In this document: positions 45,280-58,819 of the stretch, piece by piece
Numbering within the stretch: position 1 is the first letter of the stretch
Layout: the number at the start of each line of letters is the position of its first letter
Assembly: GCA_040219255.1 (NCBI GenBank)
Contig: JAVJSW010000030.1
Span: 1-64,000, forward strand
DNA from: Sumerlaeia bacterium
Lineage (GTDB): Bacteria > Sumerlaeota > Sumerlaeia > SLMS01 > JAHLLQ01
Reading direction: 5' to 3'
DNA length: 64,000 nucleotides
The notes under the pieces: generated by a model
What the model saw: the letters and a program-made list of their open reading frames with translations, nothing else
Database searches by the model: none
Told to the model about the DNA's origin: nothing
Program-made: the position numbers and the translations under genes

Positions 45280-47940
45280 ATGCCGCCTCGTCCTCCGCAA
45301 ACCACGCAAGTTCCCGACGCCGGGGAGTCGGTGACGTTGTCGGATGACTGGCGCGCCCGCCGGCTTTTTCCCCAGGAGAAGCAGGCGATCCTGCAGGATC
45401 AGTTGGCGCTGGACTTCAGCGGCACGGGCGACTGGAAGCACGTCCGGGTGCCGGGCAATCTATACGCGGACCTTGTGGCGCTGGGTTCCGTTCCGGCGCA
45501 CGACGCGCCGAACTGGGCGCTGGACAAGGTGGATTGGGTGGGCGAGGAGCACTGGATTTACCGCTGCCAGTTCACGGCGCCCTATCGCTGGTTCGAGGCT
45601 TCGGATCGCGCCGACCACCGGCTGGAAATCACCTTCGGGCGGCTCGATTGCTTCGCCCGGGTGTTCGTCAACGGCAAGTTCCTGGGGCGGACCCACAACG
45701 CGTTTCGCGAGTACACCTACGACGTGAGCCGGATATTGCAGGCCGGTGAGAATTCGATCTGCGTGGTGTTCCAGCCGACGAAACTGGTCTGCAAAGCCCT
45801 GGAGGAGGCGCACGAGCCGCTGCTGGGCGAGTACTGCGACTGGCGCATGTTCGCGCGCCGGCCCCAGTATCTGAGCGGCTGGGGGAGCCTGGCGCCGCCC
45901 GTGCCGAGCGTCGGCATTGGAACGCCCCCCGTGCTGCGCCGCCATCATGCCGTCGCGGTGCGGGACATGCACGTGCCGGTGAAGCGGCTGAACGCGGATT
46001 TGGCCCAGTTCAAGATCGAGACGGAGTTCGAGAGCTTCGTGTCGGACCGGGCGACGCTGATTTACAAGGTCGAGTTGCTGGAGCCGGGCACGACCATGGA
46101 GGGCACATATCAGTCAAGCATCGTCTGGGAAAGCGCGCGCACGTTCCGCATCAAACCCGGCGTGTTCCGCCACGCCGAACCGGTGGCGATCAAGCAGCCG
46201 CTGCCGTGGGAGCCGCTGGCGGCGGGTCCGGGACTGCGGCCGCTCTATCGCGCCAGTGTGGAAATCCGAATCAGTGGCCAGGTGGTGGGACGCAAGGGTC
46301 TGCGCTTTGGCCTGCGTGACATCGACACGAGCGGAGGCGCGGAGCCCTTCCTGCTCTTTATCAATAACCGGGAGACGCCGATGCTGGGGGCGGTGTGGGT
46401 GCCGCCGACGCTCTTTCCGTACAACATGACGCCGGAGATGGAGGCCGACTGGGTGGAGATGATGGCCCGCCACAATATTGGCATAGTGCGGGTCTGGGGC
46501 GGCGGAGAATACGCGAGCGAAGAGTTTTACGACCGCTGCGACGAACTGGGGATTATGGTCTGGCAGGACTTTCCCTACTGCCAGGCGCAGTACCCCGACC
46601 GGATGCGGGAGTTCTGGCGCGACATTCAGAAGGAGGCGACCCATCAGATCAAGCGACTGCGCAACCATCCGAGTCTGGTGATGTGGTGCGGAGGCGACGG
46701 GCAGAAGGACTTTCTGTTCGCGAAGTCGGAAGGGCGCGGGTCCTGGGACAAGGAACCGGGCGGCGGCATCGCCAAGAAATTGCTGCCGACGCTGCTGGAC
46801 AGCCTCGATCCATCGCGGCCATACCTGTCGTCGTCGCCATTGCCGAGGCGGCCGGGCAAGGGCAACACGGCGACGGTGGAGGCGCTGCCGAGCTTTCCCG
46901 CGGCGGAGATTTCGAGCGGGTTCCTGCCGGACTTCGCGGGCGATCTTTCGAACAGCGGTCCGCGGACACGGCTCTCGCGGGGGACGCTGGAGCTGGATCT
47001 GATGCAACCGCTGATCGACGATTTCCGGGCGCCCAATTCGCCGGAGGAATGGGTCTTTATGAGTCAGGTCTTGCAGGCTCGCGAGGTGACCCGGACCATC
47101 GACGAGGTGCGTTGCCGCACGGGAACGGCGTTGTCGGCTCTGCTGTGGAGGCTGGCGGACCCGTGGCCGACGATGGGGCCGTCGCTGCTCGATTGCCGGG
47201 GCGTTCCCAAGCTGGCGCTCTGGGCCATGCGCCACGCCATGGCGCCGATCCGGGTGGTCTTCCAGCCGGTGGACGATCAGGCGCTGCGGGTGTACGCGGT
47301 GCATACGTCGGCCATGAAATCGCTCAACAAGAACGCGATCTGCCGGTTGGGGGCGTGGACGTTGAAGGGCGATTTGCGGGGGCAGCGCGATTTCGAAATC
47401 GAGTTCAACTCGTCGGGTTGCACGGAAATCGCCCGGGCGATGCTTCTGGAAATCGGTGTCGAGGACATCGAGCGCTGCGCCGTGGTGGCGGAGATTATCC
47501 AGGGCAAGATGATTGTCACGTCGCGAATGCATCTGCCAGCGGGAGTGCGGCGGGCGCGGCTCGGTGAACCCAAGCTGCGGGCGACGCTGCAAACGGTGCT
47601 GGGCAAGCGGCGCGCGATCTATATCCTGAGCGCGGAAAACCTGGTGGCGGGCGTCGAGTTCAAACTCGAAGGCGTCCCCGGCGCGAGCATTCGCTACGAG
47701 AACTATTTCGACATCTGGCCCACCCACGAAATCCGCGTGCAGGTGGACCTGGAAGGGCGGGTCGAGGTGGCCGATTTGCTGGCCCGGGCGCGATTCCGAT
47801 GCCTGAACGATTTGAACTTGGGCGCGGGGATTATCTGGCGAAAGCTGGAAGTTACCGAGGGCGACGGCAGCGACGATCCGACCATGGTGGGGGGGCTGCG
47901 CATCCTGCACCGCAATAGCGGCATGGTGCCGAAGTTGTAG
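45280..47940 (+). CDS. GH2 beta-mannosidase-like protein, active site degenerate
   Basis: RVWGGG.Y, FYDRCDELGIMVWQDF, RLRNHPSLVMWCG; the NNE acid/base motif is replaced by GDG. Confidence 0.8.
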   Translation: MPPRPPQTTQVPDAGESVTLSDDWRARRLFPQEKQAILQDQLALDFSGTGDWKHVRVPGNLYADLVALGSVPAHDAPNWALDKVDWVGEEHWIYRCQFTAPYRWFEASDRADHRLEITFGRLDCFARVFVNGKFLGRTHNAFREYTYDVSRILQAGENSICVVFQPTKLVCKALEEAHEPLLGEYCDWRMFARRPQYLSGWGSLAPPVPSVGIGTPPVLRRHHAVAVRDMHVPVKRLNADLAQFKIETEFESFVSDRATLIYKVELLEPGTTMEGTYQSSIVWESARTFRIKPGVFRHAEPVAIKQPLPWEPLAAGPGLRPLYRASVEIRISGQVVGRKGLRFGLRDIDTSGGAEPFLLFINNRETPMLGAVWVPPTLFPYNMTPEMEADWVEMMARHNIGIVRVWGGGEYASEEFYDRCDELGIMVWQDFPYCQAQYPDRMREFWRDIQKEATHQIKRLRNHPSLVMWCGGDGQKDFLFAKSEGRGSWDKEPGGGIAKKLLPTLLDSLDPSRPYLSSSPLPRRPGKGNTATVEALPSFPAAEISSGFLPDFAGDLSNSGPRTRLSRGTLELDLMQPLIDDFRAPNSPEEWVFMSQVLQAREVTRTIDEVRCRTGTALSALLWRLADPWPTMGPSLLDCRGVPKLALWAMRHAMAPIRVVFQPVDDQALRVYAVHTSAMKSLNKNAICRLGAWTLKGDLRGQRDFEIEFNSSGCTEIARAMLLEIGVEDIERCAVVAEIIQGKMIVTSRMHLPAGVRRARLGEPKLRATLQTVLGKRRAIYILSAENLVAGVEFKLEGVPGASIRYENYFDIWPTHEIRVQVDLEGRVEVADLLARARFRCLNDLNLGAGIIWRKLEVTEGDGSDDPTMVGGLRILHRNSGMVPKL

Positions 47941-47986
47941 GGACACGAAGCACACGCAGGATGGAGATGCACGGAGAAGGAAAGTG

Positions 47987-48096
47987 GCCACGGATTGGCA
48001 CGGATGGATTTCCGAACGGTCTGGCTCCCGCGCGTTCAGGCGTCTCCCAATGAAGAATTAAATCTATCCGAATTTGTATCCGTGCCCATCCGTGGC
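47987..48096. repeat. Inverted pair of CACGGAT periodic repeats
   Basis: 47987-48005 GCCACGGATTGGCACGGAT versus reverse complement of 48078-48096 GCCACGGATGGGCACGGAT (18/19 identical). Confidence 0.75.
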
Positions 48097-48195
48097 AACT
48101 CCTTGCTTTGTGAACTCCCCGTTCCCAAACCCGCCCCGCCACGACGAGGTCTAGTTCTCCGATTACCCCCTTCGAATCGGAAAGCGCCTTCGACC

Positions 48196-49629
48196 ATGCC
48201 AAAAGTCCTGATAGTTGAGGACGACCAGACGTTTGCCCATCGTGTGGCACGGAATTTACAATTGGAGGGAATCGAAGCGGATCATGCGTTTGGACCGAAG
48301 GAAGCGCTGACGCGCATGGCGAGCGGGCGCTACGCGGCGATTCTGTGCGACATCCGCATGCCGGGCCAGAGCGGGCTGGATTTTCTGAGCCAGGTTCGCG
48401 GCGGCGAACTGGAAGCCATCGAGGCCGATGTTCCGTTTGTGATGCTGACGAGCCTGAACAGCGTGGAAACGGCGGTGGACGCGATGAAGCGCGGGGCGAA
48501 CGATTACTTGACCAAGGATGCGTCGCGCTCGGAAATCGCGGTCCGGTTGCGCCGCGCCATGGAGCAGCAGGAAGTCGCCAAGGAAAACCGGCGGCTGCGC
48601 GAGACGGTGGCCAAGGTGGATGAATTCAGCGAACTGGTGGGCGACTCGCCCGCGATGATGCGCATCAAGGAAGAAATCGCGGAAGTCGCCGAGACGGACG
48701 CCACGGTGATGCTGTTGGGCGAGACCGGCGTCGGCAAGGAACTGGTCGCCCGCGCGATCCACCGCGCGAGCGGCCGCACCGGCGAATTCGTGGACCTGAA
48801 CGGGGCGTTGCTGCCCGATGACACGATGCTGCAAAGCGAACTCTTTGGCCACGAACGCGGCGCCTTTACAGACGCCAAGACCACGAAGAAGGGCAAGATG
48901 GAGGTGGCGGACGGCGGGACGCTTTTCCTGGACGAGGTAGGCGAGGTGAGCCTGGATGTGCAGGCGATGTTGCTGCGGGTGCTTGAGAACATGACGTTTA
49001 CGCGCGTGGGTGGGATGCGGCCGATCCAGGTCGATCTGCGCATGATTGTCGCCACGAACCGCGATTTGCTGCGCATGAGCGAGGAAGGCCACTTCCGCCA
49101 GGACCTCTATTACCGCCTGAACGTGTTTCCCATCGAGATTCCGCCGCTGCGCCAGCGCCGTGAGGACGTGACGGAGCTGACGGCGTTTTTCCTGCGGCGG
49201 GCGGCGAAGCGCTACGGCCGGCCGGTGCCGGAGCCGACGGCGGACGCGTTCGCGGTGCTGCGGGACTACCATTGGCCGGGCAACATCCGCGAACTGCGCA
49301 ACATCAGCGAGCGGCTGCTGATCCGAGCCCGGGGCGGCACCGCCATCACGGCGGAGGACGTGCGGGCGTGCGGTCTGGCGCAGAAGACGACGGCTCAGCA
49401 AAGCTTCGTGGAAATCCCGGAAGACGGCGTGAATCTGGACGAGCTGGAGCAGCAGTTCGTGCTGGAGGCGCTGCGCCGGTGCGACTGGAATCAGACGGAG
49501 GCGGCGGGGCTGCTGGGCATCAGCGTGGACCGGATGAACAACCGGGTGAAGAAGTTCGGCTTTACCCATCCCAAGTGGCGCGTCCACAAGGGGGGGCGCA
49601 AAGCCTCGGCGAAATTGGCCGGAGGCTAG
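48196..49629 (+). CDS. Sigma-54-dependent response regulator (NtrC family)
   Basis: REC domain (EDD, DIRMP), [29 protein letters not shown]-terminal HTH. Confidence 0.93.
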   Translation: MPKVLIVEDDQTFAHRVARNLQLEGIEADHAFGPKEALTRMASGRYAAILCDIRMPGQSGLDFLSQVRGGELEAIEADVPFVMLTSLNSVETAVDAMKRGANDYLTKDASRSEIAVRLRRAMEQQEVAKENRRLRETVAKVDEFSELVGDSPAMMRIKEEIAEVAETDATVMLLGETGVGKELVARAIHRASGRTGEFVDLNGALLPDDTMLQSELFGHERGAFTDAKTTKKGKMEVADGGTLFLDEVGEVSLDVQAMLLRVLENMTFTRVGGMRPIQVDLRMIVATNRDLLRMSEEGHFRQDLYYRLNVFPIEIPPLRQRREDVTELTAFFLRRAAKRYGRPVPEPTADAFAVLRDYHWPGNIRELRNISERLLIRARGGTAITAEDVRACGLAQKTTAQQSFVEIPEDGVNLDELEQQFVLEALRRCDWNQTEAAGLLGISVDRMNNRVKKFGFTHPKWRVHKGGRKASAKLAGG

Positions 49630-49657
49630 CCCCATTCCGCCCCGGACACCCCTTGCG

Positions 49658-50095
49658 ATGCCCCTGATTGCGATCCTCAACGGCCCCAACCTCAACCTTC
49701 TCGGGACCCGCGAGCCGGAACGCTACGGGCGCGAAACCCTCAGCGACATCGAGCGCCACCTGCGTTGGATGGCCGATGAAGTCAACGTGGAGCTGACCTT
49801 CTTCCAGAGCAACCACGAGGGTCTTCTGATCGACACGATCCACGAACTGCGCGAGCGCGTGGACGCGATCATCATCAACCCGGGTGGCTTGACGCATACC
49901 TCGGTGGCGCTGCGCGACGCCTTGCTGGCGGTGGATAAGCCGATCTATGAAGTCCACATTTCGAACATCCACGCCCGCGAGGAATTCCGCCATCACAGCT
50001 ACATCAGCGACATCGCCGTGGGCGTGATTTGCGGCCTGGGCACGCGGGGATATGAGTACGCGCTGCGGGAAGCGGCCACCCGCCTGCGCACTTGA
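49658..50095 (+). CDS. aroQ: Type II 3-dehydroquinate dehydratase
   Basis: [38 protein letters not shown]. Confidence 0.97.
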   Translation: MPLIAILNGPNLNLLGTREPERYGRETLSDIERHLRWMADEVNVELTFFQSNHEGLLIDTIHELRERVDAIIINPGGLTHTSVALRDALLAVDKPIYEVHISNIHAREEFRHHSYISDIAVGVICGLGTRGYEYALREAATRLRT

Positions 50096-50102
50096 CCCCG
50101 CG

Positions 50103-50927
50103 ATGAATTCCCCGCCCGCCGCCGCCGCGGACCCCTTTCCCGTCGTGATTCCCCGCGAGGAACCGCTCATCGAGGGGCGGTTGCTGGGGCGTTACAACCG
50201 GTTCCTGTCGGACATCGAACTACCCGGCGGCGAAGTCGTCACGGCCCACTGCGTGAACACCGGCGCGATGGAGGGTCTCTGCGCGCCGGGCACGCGGGTC
50301 TGGATCAGCCGGGCGGATAATCCGAATCGTAAGCTGAAGTTCACCTGGGAAATGGCCGAGGCTGGCGGTCACGTCTATGGCGCCAACACGGCGATGCCGA
50401 ACCGGATCGTGGGCGAACTGCTCGAGCGGCGGGCGCTGCCGTGGCTGGCGAAGTGGGACGAGTTGCGGCCGGAGTGCCCCTACGGCGAGAACTGCCGGGT
50501 GGATTTCCGGCTCAAGTTCGGGCGGCGGTATCACTTTCTCGAAGTCAAGAACGTCCATCTCTACTACCCCGACGGGCGGGCCTATTTTCCGGACTCGGTG
50601 AGCGAGCGCGGCGCGAATCACCTGCGCGAGTTGAGCGCCTTGCTTGAGCCAAGGAAAGCCTCCGCCGAGGTGCTCTTCTTCGTGCAAATCCCCGCCGCCA
50701 AGGCCATCCGGCCGAGCGACGCCCACGATCCGGCTTTTGCCGCAGCGGCCCGCGCGGCGCGCCAGGCCGGCGTGCGCTTTCGGGCGCTGCGCGTGGCGCA
50801 TACGGCGGAGGCCATCCATGTCCTGGGAACGATGCCGGTGGATCTGAAGCCGTACAACACGGAGCGGCCCGCCGCATGGCGCAAAGCCAACAAGGAGAAT
50901 GGTTCGAGCGGATGGAAACGGCGATGA
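50103..50927 (+). CDS. sfsA: DNA/RNA nuclease SfsA
   Basis: RYNRFL, AHCVNTGAM, RVDF, EVKNV, FPDSVSERG..HL.EL. Confidence 0.92.
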   Translation: MNSPPAAAADPFPVVIPREEPLIEGRLLGRYNRFLSDIELPGGEVVTAHCVNTGAMEGLCAPGTRVWISRADNPNRKLKFTWEMAEAGGHVYGANTAMPNRIVGELLERRALPWLAKWDELRPECPYGENCRVDFRLKFGRRYHFLEVKNVHLYYPDGRAYFPDSVSERGANHLRELSALLEPRKASAEVLFFVQIPAAKAIRPSDAHDPAFAAAARAARQAGVRFRALRVAHTAEAIHVLGTMPVDLKPYNTERPAAWRKANKENGSSGWKRR

Positions 50928-52537
50928 GGAGGTGGGCGCTGGCTAAGGAATGGCTCGGAGCGCACCGGGCCGACGCGATCGCGGTGGCGGTGCTGCTGCT
51001 TTACGGATTTGTGGCGCCGATGCTGACCACGGGGCGCTTTGGCATGACGTGGGACGAGGGCTATTACTACCCGGCCTACGAGGACGCGCGGCAGTGGATC
51101 GTCCTGCTGGTCCAGGACCCCGGCGCGGCGCTCTCGCCCTCGGGCATCGAGGCGGGCTGGGCGGAAATCAGCGAACTGCCGCCGGTGACGAAATGGCTCC
51201 ACGCGCCGCTGACGGTGTTCGGCTCCGGCATGGGCAAGCTGTACGTGCTGCGGCTCGTTCCGGCGGCGCTCTTCGCGGCGACGCTGGCGCTGATTTTCCT
51301 GACGGTACGGCGAACCGGATCGACGGCTTGGGCTTTGCTGGGGGCGGCGTGCTACGGCCTGCATCCGAGGCTCTTCGGCCACGCGCATTTCGCGGCGAGT
51401 GAAACGGTCTTTTGCTTCCTGACGGCGGCGGTGCTTTGCGTGGCGGGCGGGGATTTGGCGCGACGGCGAACCAAGGCCGGGCTGGTGGTTCTGCTGGGGC
51501 TGGCGCTGGCGACGAAGGTCAACGGCCTGATCCTGATCGTGGCTGTCGGCGGATGGTTGGCGCTGCGGGTTTTCTTCGGGATTTTGGAGCACCGCCGCGT
51601 GCCCAGGCCCGAGTCCGCATCGGCCATCAAGCACGCCCTGATCGCGGCGGCGCTGCTGCTGTTGGCGCCGGTGGTGGCGCTGGCGATCTGGCCCTGGATG
51701 TGGCATGACACGGCGGCGCGGATTGCTGGCTATTGGCAGTTCATCCGCGAGCACAGCCATCAGGGCGTCTGGTATCTGGGGGAGAAATACAACTTCCCCG
51801 ACGACGCGCCCAAGGCGCCCTGGCACTACGTGCCGGTGATGCTGGCGGCGACGATGCCGGTGGTTTTCTTGGTCCTTGGCGCGTGGGGGATATGGCGGGC
51901 GGGGTGGCGGTTCCTGCGCGAGCGCATGGATTTCGATGCGCTGCTGCTGCTGGCCTTCATCGGGCCGCTCAGCGCCACCATGTTGCCGTCCTCCCCGAAG
52001 TACGATGGCATCCGGTTGTTCCTGCCGGCGCTGGTGCCGCTGGCGATGATGGCGGGGCGGCTGGGCGAGGCGCAGCTTTGGCGGAGGGAACGCCTGCGGT
52101 GGGCGCCTTGGTGCTTGGCCGGGGCGATTGCGCTTACGGCCGGGCCGTTTCTGCCGAGAGGTTTGAGCTACTACAACTTACCTTTGCGGATCGTGGCGCC
52201 GGAAGGCCACGACTTCCCTTTCGAAACCACCTACTGGGGCGAGGGCATCACGCCCGGGAGGCTTCTGGACGTTGTGCCGCCAGACGCGCGGATCAAGACG
52301 CGGGCGCTGCATACGGTGGTCTTCGACTTGTATCGGGATTGGGGCGTGCTGCCGGAGACGATGAGCTTTGACGGGCCGCCGCCCTACGACTTCCACCTGA
52401 TTCAAAACCGCAAAGGGTTCTGGGGGAACGTGGACTGGTGGCTGGCGGGCAACCGCGAACCGCTGGCGGTGTGGCCGCCGGATTCCGGCAACCCGCAGTG
52501 GATTCTCTTTGATGGGCGGCCGCCGGGCGGTAGCTGA
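50924..52537 (+). CDS. PMT/GT39-like GT-C glycosyltransferase
   Basis: TWDE..Y, PP, LALATK, PWHY, KYDGIRLFLP; multi-TM. Confidence 0.75.
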   Translation: MRRWALAKEWLGAHRADAIAVAVLLLYGFVAPMLTTGRFGMTWDEGYYYPAYEDARQWIVLLVQDPGAALSPSGIEAGWAEISELPPVTKWLHAPLTVFGSGMGKLYVLRLVPAALFAATLALIFLTVRRTGSTAWALLGAACYGLHPRLFGHAHFAASETVFCFLTAAVLCVAGGDLARRRTKAGLVVLLGLALATKVNGLILIVAVGGWLALRVFFGILEHRRVPRPESASAIKHALIAAALLLLAPVVALAIWPWMWHDTAARIAGYWQFIREHSHQGVWYLGEKYNFPDDAPKAPWHYVPVMLAATMPVVFLVLGAWGIWRAGWRFLRERMDFDALLLLAFIGPLSATMLPSSPKYDGIRLFLPALVPLAMMAGRLGEAQLWRRERLRWAPWCLAGAIALTAGPFLPRGLSYYNLPLRIVAPEGHDFPFETTYWGEGITPGRLLDVVPPDARIKTRALHTVVFDLYRDWGVLPETMSFDGPPPYDFHLIQNRKGFWGNVDWWLAGNREPLAVWPPDSGNPQWILFDGRPPGGS

Positions 52538-52553
52538 AGAGATTGAAGGTGCC

Positions 52554-54320
52554 TTAGAACGGCACGAGGACCGGTAGCAGAGCGAGGGCTACGACGGCGA
52601 CTGCGAGAGCCACCGGCGTTCCGACCTTGGTGAAGTCGGTGAAGCGATAACCACCCGGGCCGAAAACCATCAGGTTTGTCTGGTAACCGATGGGTGTGAC
52701 GAAGCTGGCCGACGCGGCGATCATGATGGCGTAGGCGAAGGGCGTGAAGCTGACGCCGAGGACCTGGGACGCGGAGTAGGCGATGGGGAAGACGACCACG
52801 GCGGCGGCGTTGTTCGTGACGGTTTCGGTGAAAATGGCGGTGATGATGTAAATCGCCAGGAGGGTGAGCCAGGGCTCGCCCGCGGCGAGACCCATGATGC
52901 CCTGGGCGATGGCGTCGGCGGCGCCGCTCTCGCGCAGGGCGTTGCCCAGCCCGAAGGCCGCCGCGATGGCGACGAGCAGGTCGCGGTTGATGCCCCGCTT
53001 GGCGCCTTCGAGGGTCAGGCATCCGGTGACCAGCATGGCGGCGGAGGCGATCAGCGCGGCCTGGAGCATAGTGAAGAGGCCGACGGCCTTGAGGAGGACC
53101 ATGCCGGCCACGATGGCGAGGGCGATCCAGGCTTTCTGCGGCGTCGGTTCGGTGAAGCGGCTGAGACCGCTGACCAGGAAAAAGTCGCGGCTGTTGCGAT
53201 GGCTGGCGAGGAAGGAACGCTGGGCTTCGAGAAGCAGGGTGTCACCGGCGCGCAGTTCGATGTCGCCGATCTTTCCCTCGACGCGCTCGCCATTGCGCGC
53301 CACGGCGATGACGGCGGCGTTGTACATCGTGCGGAAGCGCCCTTCGCGGATGCTCTTGCCGAGCAGAGGAGAGGAGTCGGAGACGACCGCTTCCACCAGG
53401 AGGCGCTCGCTGTCTGTGCCGTCGAGCTTGAAGATCTGATTGGTTGCTGGCACGAGACCTGGCCAGGTGCGCAGTTCCTTGACCGAGTCGACGACGCCGA
53501 CGAAGACCAGCCGGTCGCCGGCTTCGAGCACTTGCTCTGGACCGACGGCCGGGATGACGCGGCCGTCGCGGTCGATTTCCATCAGGTAAACGCCGCCGAG
53601 ATGGCGAAGGCCCGCTTCCTCGATGGTCTTGCCGACGTTTACGCCGCCGTCCTCGACCATCATTTCCAGGGTGTACTGGCGAGGGTCGTCGAGGCGGCTG
53701 ACGGCGGGCCGGCGGTCCGGGAGGAGTTTTCGGCCGACGAGCAGAATCGTCGCGATGCCCGCCAGGGCGCAGGGCACGCCGATGATGCTGATGTCGAACA
53801 CGCCCATCGTCTCCATGCCGCGTTCGATCATCAGGCCGTTGACGACCAGGTTGGTGCTGGTGCCGATCAGGGTGCACATGCCGCCGAGGATGGCCGCGTA
53901 GGACAGCGGGATGAGAAGCTTGGAGGAGGCGACGCCACTGCGCCGCGACCAATCGGTGATGGCGGGAACCAGCATAGCCACCAGGGGCGTATTGTTCAGA
54001 AAGCCGCTGAACGCCGCGATGGGGAGCATCAGGCGGGTCTGGGCCCAGAATATGGACTTGGTGCTGCCGAGAAGGCCGCGAATCAGGGGCCAGATCGCTC
54101 CCGAGTCCCGCACGCCGGCGGCGACGACGAAGAGGACGCCGACGGTGATGACGCCGGAGTTGGAGAAGCCGGCAAAGGCCTGCTTGGCGTCAACGATGCC
54201 AAAGACCAGCAGCACGCCGACTCCGCCCATGAGGACCGCGTCGGTGGGAAGCCGGGTTTTCATCAGGAGGCCGAAAACGATGAGCAGGATGCCGACGGTG
54301 AACCAGGCTTCGAGCGGCAT
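52554..54320 (-). CDS. SLC13/CitMHS permease with TrkA-C domains
   Basis: SGFLNNTP, LGGMCTLIGTSTNL, TNNAAA, TPIGYQTNLMV.GPGGY.F.DF. Confidence 0.92.
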   Translation of the reverse strand: MPLEAWFTVGILLIVFGLLMKTRLPTDAVLMGGVGVLLVFGIVDAKQAFAGFSNSGVITVGVLFVVAAGVRDSGAIWPLIRGLLGSTKSIFWAQTRLMLPIAAFSGFLNNTPLVAMLVPAITDWSRRSGVASSKLLIPLSYAAILGGMCTLIGTSTNLVVNGLMIERGMETMGVFDISIIGVPCALAGIATILLVGRKLLPDRRPAVSRLDDPRQYTLEMMVEDGGVNVGKTIEEAGLRHLGGVYLMEIDRDGRVIPAVGPEQVLEAGDRLVFVGVVDSVKELRTWPGLVPATNQIFKLDGTDSERLLVEAVVSDSSPLLGKSIREGRFRTMYNAAVIAVARNGERVEGKIGDIELRAGDTLLLEAQRSFLASHRNSRDFFLVSGLSRFTEPTPQKAWIALAIVAGMVLLKAVGLFTMLQAALIASAAMLVTGCLTLEGAKRGINRDLLVAIAAAFGLGNALRESGAADAIAQGIMGLAAGEPWLTLLAIYIITAIFTETVTNNAAAVVVFPIAYSASQVLGVSFTPFAYAIMIAASASFVTPIGYQTNLMVFGPGGYRFTDFTKVGTPVALAVAVVALALLPVLVPF

Positions 54321-54439
54321 GGTGGGGGCCCTAACGGGAGACGGAGTGAATTCCTACTAGTTCAGTAGGTATTACACGGATAGTGCAATGCCGGGGGGCG
54401 GGCAAGCCGGTTCTGGCGGCAACGTGTCTTAAGCGATAA

Positions 54440-54474
54440 AAGACCGGAGGAGGGCATTCGCCTCCTCCGGTCTT
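54440..54474 (-). terminator. Intrinsic terminator after the small peptide gene
   Basis: AAGACCGGAGGAGG-GCATTCG-CCTCCTCCGGTCTT; T-run at the 3' end of the stem on the minus strand. Confidence 0.8.
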
Positions 54475-54503
54475 CGCGGACCGGGTGTTGGATCTGGGGG
54501 GAG

Positions 54504-54653
54504 TTAGAGTTCGAAAGGATCGCCGGTGAAGGCGTTCACGTCGAGCATTTGCTCGTCGAGGTCTTTGGCCTCGCGGGTTTCCACCTGCGGGGTTTCGTAC
54601 TCGGGGGCTTTGGTTTCGGGGGTGGATTCGGTGGGGAATGTATCGTTGGTCAT
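54504..54653 (-). CDS. 49-aa acidic peptide with YxxP motif (candidate RiPP precursor)
   Basis: GGAGA RBS 8 nt before ATG; MTNDTFPTESTPETKAPEYETPQVETREAKDLDEQMLDVNAFTGDPFEL; terminator follows. Confidence 0.65.
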   Translation of the reverse strand: MTNDTFPTESTPETKAPEYETPQVETREAKDLDEQMLDVNAFTGDPFEL

Positions 54654-54696
54654 TGGGGAAATCTCCGGGATTGTACGGGGCTCTTTGGCGGATGGT

Positions 54697-58116
<3,420 letters not shown>

Positions 58117-58330
58117 GCGGTGGCATACCTCCGGTGACTTGTGAGCATAGTTCGACAAAATACTTATGGGCTAGAAAGCGCCCCGTCGCGATCCGAGTCA
58201 ATCTTTTCTTGAAAATCCAGAACGCAACGAAATCCTGGGAGTTTCCAGTTCACTTGACACCCCCTGCGGCCACGCCGCATTGATGACCCTGCGTTTGCAT
58301 GCGCGAAAACGTCTGGAATGGGAACCGGGA

Positions 58331-58819
58331 ATGCTATCTTCTGGCTCGCTGCGCCAAATCTTGTGCCTCCGTTCTCTCGCGGCCGCCGCCGTTCTGTGCG
58401 GACTGTGCGGCTGCGTGCGCACCAAGGTCCTCGTCACGAGCGATCCCCCCGGCGCGGACGTGACGATGAACAGCGTCCACCTGGGACGCACGCCGGTCGA
58501 GCAGCCCTTCGCCTGGTTCTGGTACTATGACTTTCTTGCGGAGAAGGAGGGCTTCGAGCCGGCCGTCTCCCGCGAACGCTTTCGCGCTCCGCTCTACCTG
58601 GTCCCGCCGATGGACCTGGTGATGGAGATGATGCCGTTTCCCGTGACGCATACGCGGCGCGTGCATTTGGCGCTGGAGGAACGCGACGTGCGCCCCGATC
58701 CGGAGATGGCGCTCTCGGATGAAGCCGAGTCCCGCGGCGAGTTACCCCCCTCGCCCACCGCGGCTTACCCGGCCATTCCCTCGGCGATTCCCGCGCCGGA
58801 AACGGACGGGCCGCAATGA
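58331..58819 (+). CDS. PEGA-domain lipoprotein
   Basis: Lipobox LCGC; VTSDPPGADV.MN...LGRTP. Confidence 0.8.
   Translation: MLSSGSLRQILCLRSLAAAAVLCGLCGCVRTKVLVTSDPPGADVTMNSVHLGRTPVEQPFAWFWYYDFLAEKEGFEPAVSRERFRAPLYLVPPMDLVMEMMPFPVTHTRRVHLALEERDVRPDPEMALSDEAESRGELPPSPTAAYPAIPSAIPAPETDGPQ

Noticed and set aside
3965-48096. CRISPR array from the periodic repeats
   Set aside because: Copies are dispersed and degenerate, with no repeat-spacer array and no cas genes.
48856-48876. GAFTDA instead of GAFTGA as loss of sigma-54 activation
   Set aside because: GAFTDA is a common natural variant in this family and not informative by itself.
54504-54653. Bona fide lasso peptide cluster
   Set aside because: No cyclase, peptidase or RRE adjacent, and the putative core is too short for a typical lasso ring plus tail.
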